In this document: piece by piece, positions 57,886-64,000 of the stretch
Position numbering within the stretch: the stretch's first letter is position 1
Layout: each line of letters begins with the position of its first letter
Source: a virus
Strand: one strand, 5' to 3'
IMG/VR virus record: IMGVR_UViG_3300013014_001174
Location: 14,220 to 78,219 of that record
Length of the DNA: 64,000 nucleotides
Program-made: the position numbers and the translations under genes
Notes under the pieces: generated by a model
Databases searched by the model: none
What the model saw: the letters and a program-made list of their open reading frames with translations, nothing else
What the model was told of the DNA's origin: nothing

Positions 57886-58503
57886 ATGAAGATAATAATA
57901 ACAGAATCTCAATATATTAAAATTTTATCAGAAGAAAGACAAAATAACTTATTAGAGAAACTAAAAGACTTAAAATCTTTTTTTAAAAAAGTTAGTGAAG
58001 AAACAAAAAATCAAGTTGGTTTGGATTTAAGTTTTCTAACAACTTGGGGTGTAACTATTGCAGGGTTTGTAAAACCAGTTTCAGATTTTATTGAAGGTAA
58101 ATTTCCAGAGATGTCATCTACCGACTTAGCGTTAATATCAACAGGTATAATTTTAACATACTACCATTCAAATAAAGAAATGTTGGGTAAAGTTTTAAAT
58201 AAGATAAAAGAAAAAGAACTTGTTTTTGAATTTGATAGTGCATTAAAAGTTGCTGATAAATTAAAAAATGTTTTTTTATCCTTCATTGAAAGTTTAGCAG
58301 TACCAACTTCTAAAATATCAAATATGTTAGCATATACATTTTTAATTCCGATATTACCTGAATTATATGAAGCGGCACAATCTGGAAGTCAAGTTGACGT
58401 TAAAGAAATTATTGAGAGAAGTGTTGCTTTTTTAGTTGTTAGTTTTGGTGGTAATTTTGCAAAAAGATTAATGTTAGAAATTGTAAAAAGATTTAAATCT
58501 TAA
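57886..58503 (+). CDS. IITESQ-motif protein with hydrophobic segments
   Basis: MKIIITESQY. Confidence 0.6.
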   Translation: MKIIITESQYIKILSEERQNNLLEKLKDLKSFFKKVSEETKNQVGLDLSFLTTWGVTIAGFVKPVSDFIEGKFPEMSSTDLALISTGIILTYYHSNKEMLGKVLNKIKEKELVFEFDSALKVADKLKNVFLSFIESLAVPTSKISNMLAYTFLIPILPELYEAAQSGSQVDVKEIIERSVAFLVVSFGGNFAKRLMLEIVKRFKS

Positions 58504-58904
58504 TATTCTTCTCCAACATCATAAAAAATTCCAAATGTTAGTTCTTGAAATTCAGCCCTCCAAATTTTACAATCATAAAATAAAATACCCCTAAGAGAAC
58601 TTTTGGTACTTTTTAATTCAAAGGTTGGTGAGATATAAAAACTAGCAGCTCTTGTTAACCTATCTCTTAATTCTGAAATTGTTTTTCCAATTTGTTCTGG
58701 TTCAAAATCACATTCAGAACACTCAACATCATTTAGTTTAAGACTAAATACAATTTCAGAAACTTCGTTATCACCAGATTCGTAAAATTCTTCGACCTCC
58801 ATTTTAAGGTTATTAAGACCGTATTCTGTTAATAACCCAGATCTTGATAAAATAATATTTTTTATTTTTTCTACTTTAGTAGTATATTGTGACGGAACTC
58901 TCAT
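58500..58904 (-). CDS. hypothetical protein
   Basis: ORF. Confidence 0.55.
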   Translation of the reverse strand: MRVPSQYTTKVEKIKNIILSRSGLLTEYGLNNLKMEVEEFYESGDNEVSEIVFSLKLNDVECSECDFEPEQIGKTISELRDRLTRAASFYISPTFELKSTKSSLRGILFYDCKIWRAEFQELTFGIFYDVGEEY

Positions 58905-59500
58905 TTTCTATAATTTAAAATTTTACTTATAACATCTTGTGCTTGTTCGTTTGTTAGTCTATGAACATCGCCATGCGTTTTAAACCACCTTTTAACCACA
59001 ACATCCATTGGTGTTTTTGTAATCTTTGATAATCTTTTAAATCCAAAGACTTGAGCATCAAGTTCGTGTGGTTGGGTGTAATATTTGTATGGATCTTCTT
59101 CTTCTGGTCCACTTAAATCAAATGTTCCTTTTATTTTTTGATTGATGTGTCTTATTTCGTGAGCAATTATTTCATTTAATTCACCAACCAAATCATAGGT
59201 CATTCTTGTTTTATTATTTGGGTTATATTCAATTGTTACTTCAATTATGTCTTCATTATGGTAGTAATTGGCATTTACCTTAAAACTTTCAAGACTTTCA
59301 TTTGGTTCTAAAACAACTTCTAAAACAAACGCTTCGCCAAAATTAGGAAATTCGTAAAAATCTTTATCCTCGTCTTTATAGTCCGGAAGATAAAATTCAC
59401 CATCGTTTTCTTTTTTGTATAGTTCAATAATATCTTTAACCAAAGTTCTGATGATTTCTTTTCTTCTACCATCTTCTAATATTAAATCTTTAAATTTCAT
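58901..59500 (-). CDS. zincin-like metalloprotease
   Basis: AHEIRH...YYTQPHELDA. Confidence 0.65.
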   Translation of the reverse strand: MKFKDLILEDGRRKEIIRTLVKDIIELYKKENDGEFYLPDYKDEDKDFYEFPNFGEAFVLEVVLEPNESLESFKVNANYYHNEDIIEVTIEYNPNNKTRMTYDLVGELNEIIAHEIRHINQKIKGTFDLSGPEEEDPYKYYTQPHELDAQVFGFKRLSKITKTPMDVVVKRWFKTHGDVHRLTNEQAQDVISKILNYRK

Positions 59501-59564
59501 AATAATAAATACTTTATTTGATTATAATATAAAATATATCTATTATTTTAATAAAATAAAACAA

Positions 59565-60524
59565 ATGAAAAAAGTATTTGATTTTGATAACATAACATTA
59601 TTACCAAATTTTAGTCGTGTTGAAAGTAGGACTGAATGTGAAACAAGTTGTAAGTTTGGTGATCACACATTTAAACTACCGGTCGTTCCTGCAAATATGG
59701 AAAGTATTATTGATGTTGATTTGGTAATTAAACTTGCAAAAGAAGGGTATTTCTACATTCTACATAGATTTAATATTGATGAGGTTGCATTTGTTAAAAT
59801 GATGAAGGATATGAATTTAATTACATCAATTTCTGTTGGGGTAAATGAAGATTCGTATAATCTTATTAATGAACTTGTATCAGAAGACCTAATACCACAC
59901 TTTATCACTGTTGATATTGCTCACGGACATTGTATTAAGATGAAAAAAATGATTAAATACATCAAAAGTAAAATGTCTAACGTGTTTTTAATCGGTGGTA
60001 ATGTATGTACACCAGAAGCTGTTGAGGATTTAACTGACTGGGGTTGTGACGCTATTAAATGTGGTATTGGTGGTGGTTCTGCATGTACAACATACCACTC
60101 AACTGGGTTTGGTAATCGTGGATGGCAGGCTAGTATGATAAAAAAATGTGCTAAAATCTCAAAGGTTCCAATTATTGCCGATGGGTCTATAAAGGAACAT
60201 TGTGATATTGTTAAAAGTTTAGTTTTAGGAGCGTCAATGGTTATGGTTGGTGGTATGCTTGCTGGGTATGATGAATCACCGGGTAGTTTAATTGAAGAGG
60301 GGCCCAAGAAATATAAAGAGTTCTGGGGTAGTGCATCATCGTCACAATCTGGAAAAACTAATAGGGTTGAGGGTATTAAAAAATTAATTCCGTATAAAAA
60401 TCAATCTATTTTTAATAAGTTAACTGAAGTTGAGGAATCTTTACAAAGTGCGATTTCGTATGCTGGTGGTAATCCTAGTGATTTATCTTGTTTAAACACT
60501 ATTAAATACGTTACGCGGACGTAA
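59565..60524 (+). CDS. guaC: GMP reductase
   Basis: PANM, DIAHGH, GIGGGSACTT, IIADG, FWGSAS, LQSAISYAGG; start MKKVFDF. Confidence 0.9.
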   Translation: MKKVFDFDNITLLPNFSRVESRTECETSCKFGDHTFKLPVVPANMESIIDVDLVIKLAKEGYFYILHRFNIDEVAFVKMMKDMNLITSISVGVNEDSYNLINELVSEDLIPHFITVDIAHGHCIKMKKMIKYIKSKMSNVFLIGGNVCTPEAVEDLTDWGCDAIKCGIGGGSACTTYHSTGFGNRGWQASMIKKCAKISKVPIIADGSIKEHCDIVKSLVLGASMVMVGGMLAGYDESPGSLIEEGPKKYKEFWGSASSSQSGKTNRVEGIKKLIPYKNQSIFNKLTEVEESLQSAISYAGGNPSDLSCLNTIKYVTRT

Positions 60525-61389
60525 TATTTGAATTGTCAACATTTGATGAATTTTTAACTAAGTAGTCTTTATCGCCTAAACTAAAAATTTTATATTTGGA
60601 TATATCAATTCCCATATTATCTAATTTATCTAAAAAACTTGTTGGTAAATTTATACAACCACTAGATAAATCTAAATTAGTATCTTTAGTAAGTGTTGTA
60701 CCATTTACACACTTAAAAGCATCAATTCTTTCTTTAGTATCTTTAACTCCGTGTATTGCCGGAACTAATTCTTTACCATAGTCATCAAAAAAGGACCAAA
60801 GATTTTTTTTTGGGTCTTCTGGTGTTCCAGCACCAGTATATTGTTTATATGTTTGTCCTGGTCCGGCGTTAAACGTACCACTAGGTGCAAATCTACCTCC
60901 GACTCTTGATATTGGGTCATCAAGACCGAATTTAACTCTTTCATCATAACTCATTTTAGACCAATCTTCAAATTCTTTAGTTGGTTTGTCTTTTCCCATA
61001 ATTGCTAAAGTCCCAGTTAAATATGTTCCACCATTATCAAAAAAATATACCGTATTTTTAACCTGGTCTATTATTAACCAAGGTTTGTCTTGGTAATTTG
61101 GTCTTATAGTATTTAAAGCAACTTGACAAGCAGACCTAATCTCAAGATTTTCATTTTGATCTTTATTTTTTACATTCTGTAATATTTCTTTTGCTTTAAT
61201 TGTTAAAGCTTCAGAAACTTTATTAACGTCATTACCATATTTAGACATTATCCCATTATAGTCACTTAAAGTATTTTTATAAACATCACTAAAAGTACAA
61301 CCAGTTGTATTTTCTTGTTCGGTTAACAAACCATAAAGTTTTTTTATTTGGTTTCTTTCACCCTCTGTTATAATAAATCTTTTAGACAT
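60511..61389 (-). CDS. L,D-transpeptidase (YkuD)-like protein
   Basis: AIHG...SSGCINL catalytic motif. Confidence 0.65.
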   Translation of the reverse strand: MSKRFIITEGERNQIKKLYGLLTEQENTTGCTFSDVYKNTLSDYNGIMSKYGNDVNKVSEALTIKAKEILQNVKNKDQNENLEIRSACQVALNTIRPNYQDKPWLIIDQVKNTVYFFDNGGTYLTGTLAIMGKDKPTKEFEDWSKMSYDERVKFGLDDPISRVGGRFAPSGTFNAGPGQTYKQYTGAGTPEDPKKNLWSFFDDYGKELVPAIHGVKDTKERIDAFKCVNGTTLTKDTNLDLSSGCINLPTSFLDKLDNMGIDISKYKIFSLGDKDYLVKNSSNVDNSNITSA

Positions 61390-61390
61390 T

Positions 61391-62065
61391 TTAATATTCT
61401 TTAATTTTTACAATTAAATCTCCACTACCCTTTATTACTCTATGATAAACACCTTTTGGTATAAATATTGTTTGACCTTCCTTTAATGGTTTTGGAATAT
61501 CATTATCCATCTGTAACATCCAGTTATTAGATTTTACAACTTTAACTTTCCTATCTTGTTTATCAAAATGCCATTTTAATTCACCACTATTAATACTTTC
61601 TTTAAACAATCTAATTTTAATTCCATTTTTTTCTTCTTGGACAAAAGGCAGTTTATCTTCGTTTACAGAATCTTCAACAACATAATCCAAATCATATAAA
61701 GGTCTTTTATTAAAATTAAGCCCAAGACGAAACTTTTCTGATTTATACCCCAACCAGTCACCTTCCTGTAATTGTAAAAAACTTCTACCTTTTAAAAAGA
61801 TTAAATCTTCAATAAAATTAATGTTTTCCAAATAATCATTTTGTTCAGAATCAATAAAAAAACTTACAGTAGCTTGTGAATCTAATAAATCTTCTTTAGG
61901 TATTGCCTCATAAATAGAATTTTTTGGTCGTACTGAAATACCATATAATTTAAATTTTATTTTTTTTTGATACTTGTCATAAACAATAGGTTCAACAACT
62001 TCTTTTAAAAAGTGGTTGAATATTTTTACATATCTACGGTTAATGAATCTTTCGTATGGTTTCAT
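61391..62065 (-). CDS. protein with C-terminal cupin domain
   Basis: WHFD..DR...IFIPKGVYHRVIKG. Confidence 0.65.
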   Translation of the reverse strand: MKPYERFINRRYVKIFNHFLKEVVEPIVYDKYQKKIKFKLYGISVRPKNSIYEAIPKEDLLDSQATVSFFIDSEQNDYLENINFIEDLIFLKGRSFLQLQEGDWLGYKSEKFRLGLNFNKRPLYDLDYVVEDSVNEDKLPFVQEEKNGIKIRLFKESINSGELKWHFDKQDRKVKVVKSNNWMLQMDNDIPKPLKEGQTIFIPKGVYHRVIKGSGDLIVKIKEY

Positions 62066-62071
62066 AATGTA

Positions 62072-62680
62072 TTACCAGTTTCTGGATGATTTAAGCCCTA
62101 ATTTTTTTGCGTATCTCCCAACATTACAAGACCAGTATCCTGCTGTAGTTCTATCTTTTTTCTGATCACATTTATGTCTAGCTCTAAATGATTTTGCTCT
62201 TGCTTTATTTGCGTTTTTAACCCTTAAGTTAGGATCCCCAAATGTAACTTTTTTAACCCCGCCACCTGGTGTTTTAACATATACAGCAAATTTCTTTGGT
62301 CCGCCTGGCGTCCTAAAAGGACTTCCAAGATTTACCTTCTTCCCTCTATGTACTGCTTCACTAATTGTTTCTTTTATTTCAAATGGAACATCTAACCAAA
62401 CTATCTTTCCATTATCAAGAGTTACAGATTCACCTAAATTACTTTCAACAAGCCATAAGTCTTCATCGTTAACATCCATTAAACCATTATTATAAAGGGT
62501 TCTAACTTCATTAATTAATTCAAAATAAGAAGGTGAAAAAATTCTAAAGACATTTTCAGACAAAGACAATCTATTGTTTAGATGGTATTTTAAATTTTCT
62601 GATATATTTACAGATTCTTTAAGAATCATAGGGTGATTTATTTCTTCATTTATAATTCTTTTTATAATATTGTCTAACAT
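62072..62680 (-). CDS. conserved T4-like-phage basic-domain protein
   Basis: KKFAVYV..VKKVTFGDP..SFRARHKC..AGYWSC. Confidence 0.6.
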   Translation of the reverse strand: MLDNIIKRIINEEINHPMILKESVNISENLKYHLNNRLSLSENVFRIFSPSYFELINEVRTLYNNGLMDVNDEDLWLVESNLGESVTLDNGKIVWLDVPFEIKETISEAVHRGKKVNLGSPFRTPGGPKKFAVYVKTPGGGVKKVTFGDPNLRVKNANKARAKSFRARHKCDQKKDRTTAGYWSCNVGRYAKKLGLKSSRNW

Positions 62681-62758
62681 AATCAACTATTTAGATATTT
62701 ATTAATATAAATACATTAAAATTGATTAAATAAAACATATTTATTTTAAAATAATCAT

Positions 62759-63310
62759 ATGAAAAAAATAAGATTAACAGAAAGTGAGCTTGTTGCTTTA
62801 ATTGAAAAGGTAATTAAAGAAAACGGTGATGTTCAAATGGGTGGTGAACAAAAAGAAAATAAGAAAAAAGAACCACCAAAACCTAGGTGTATGGAAGAAA
62901 ATATGATTCCATTAGATGAAATGGTTGGTCAGGCTGATGAATACGTTAAATACGCACCAGGTGTTTCGAAAAGAAGGATGGGCGTAAACTCAATGGTTGA
63001 TACTTTAGGTATTTTAAATAACTTAAGACTTTTCAAGGATGTAAAAGATGGTGGTGCGCATTTAGCTTACGATATGATGAATAATCTTAATAGATTTAGA
63101 AATAAAAACTACCACGACGAAACAACCGGTGATTGTCATAAAGCAATGGATAAGATTATTGAATTATATAAAGAAAATGAACACGGAACTGAATTAGTTA
63201 AGGATATTGAAAGGGTTTTAGCACTACAAACTAAAGATGATGAATATACACCATCACCCAGAGCTAAAGAATATCTTAAACAATGTGTAAACCTTGTAAA
63301 AGGACAATAA
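62759..63310 (+). CDS. LTESEL-motif protein
   Basis: MKKIRLTESELVALIEKVIKE. Confidence 0.65.
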   Translation: MKKIRLTESELVALIEKVIKENGDVQMGGEQKENKKKEPPKPRCMEENMIPLDEMVGQADEYVKYAPGVSKRRMGVNSMVDTLGILNNLRLFKDVKDGGAHLAYDMMNNLNRFRNKNYHDETTGDCHKAMDKIIELYKENEHGTELVKDIERVLALQTKDDEYTPSPRAKEYLKQCVNLVKGQ

Positions 63311-63346
63311 AAGTTTTTCTTAGGATCGTTACCGTTAACGGTAACA

Positions 63347-63380
63347 CAAAAAGGGACAATTCGCTACTGTCCCTTTTTTT
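63347..63380 (+). terminator. intrinsic terminator
   Basis: AAAAGGGACA...TGTCCCTTTTTTT. Confidence 0.75.
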
Positions 63381-63413
63381 ATTTTAAAGATATTTATAAA
63401 TAAAACAATTACG

Positions 63414-63644
63414 ATGAAAAATTATTGGAAACCAACCCCAAAAAAATGGAGAAGATTAGGAGATTCATTATTAGCTGTAGCAACCATTATTGCAGTAGGC
63501 GGTATTTGGCAATATGATAGTCTAAAAGAAATTTTTACACCACAAGAATTAAAGATTATGATAATATCGTCAATCATTTCTGGTGTTGTAGGTAAATTTT
63601 TAACAAACTTTTTTAAAGAAGATGAAAAAGAATCTCAAGAATAA
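63414..63644 (+). CDS. holin-like two-TM protein
   Basis: basic N-terminus, two TM segments, charged tail. Confidence 0.55.
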   Translation: MKNYWKPTPKKWRRLGDSLLAVATIIAVGGIWQYDSLKEIFTPQELKIMIISSIISGVVGKFLTNFFKEDEKESQE

Positions 63645-63688
63645 GTATTAATAAAATTTTTAAAAAAATTTTATTATATTTGTATTCT

Positions 63689-63844
63689 ATGAGTGATAAG
63701 AAAGTTAAAAAACCGATTGAACATAAGAGATTTGAAAGGGTAATTACCTTTGAAGATAGTATTATTATCTGGAAATATGACAATCATAAGACAAATACTG
63801 GACCATACGAGGTAGAAATCAAACAAGTGAAGAAAAAAGGTTAA
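63689..63844 (+). CDS. 51-aa hypothetical protein (absent from ORF track)
   Basis: ORF with TATATTTG promoter element upstream. Confidence 0.5.
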   Translation: MSDKKVKKPIEHKRFERVITFEDSIIIWKYDNHKTNTGPYEVEIKQVKKKG

Positions 63845-63861
63845 TTATAGTATTTATTTAT

Positions 63862-64000
63862 ATGAAGTTATTACCCATTTTAAGTGAAATAATAGACAAA
63901 AAAGCCCTCATTTCGGTCTTAAAATCAATGGATTATAGTGAAAAAGAAGCTAAAAATGAGCTAAAAGACCACCTAAATAGGGTAAAAAACCTTCCAGAAA
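63862..64000 (+). CDS. hypothetical protein, runs off window
   Basis: MKLLPILSEIIDKK... Confidence 0.5.
   Translation, partial: MKLLPILSEIIDKKALISVLKSMDYSEKEAKNELKDHLNRVKNLPE

Noticed and set aside
1-64000. Stop-codon reassignment as in some huge phages
   Set aside because: Capsid, portal, terminase, ClpC and GuaC are full length in the standard code, and coding density is high

Overview
An AT-rich, standard-code segment of a huge T4-like (myovirus-type) phage genome, most likely infecting Bacteroidota. Host evidence: TTTG-N19-21-TAnnTTTG promoters, a Flavobacterium-type bS21, a T9SS-cargo-like protein and SD-less starts. The window holds a baseplate/virion region (1-12 kb) and the head module (major capsid, scaffold, prohead protease, portal, large terminase, with rpsU embedded). 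It also carries ClpC, a tmRNA, a ~870-nt highly structured ncRNA (GOLLD-like), a minus-strand array of ~16 tRNA/tRNA-like genes mixed with small structured RNAs, guaC, and many putative head-packaged proteins sharing an 'LTESDL..I.R.I.E' motif. The most striking unannotated signal is two leader-peptide/terminator cassettes (45888-46060 and 43695-43824) at the head of the two tRNA blocks. Each leader contains codons, mostly wobble-read, for the tRNAs downstream, and its last codons can pair with the terminator 5' arm. This suggests translation-sensing attenuation of phage tRNA supply. An ArfA-like peptide, boxA-like signals and an orphan extended Shine-Dalgarno hairpin add to a ribosome-control toolkit. 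All calls are by eye; no searches were run.
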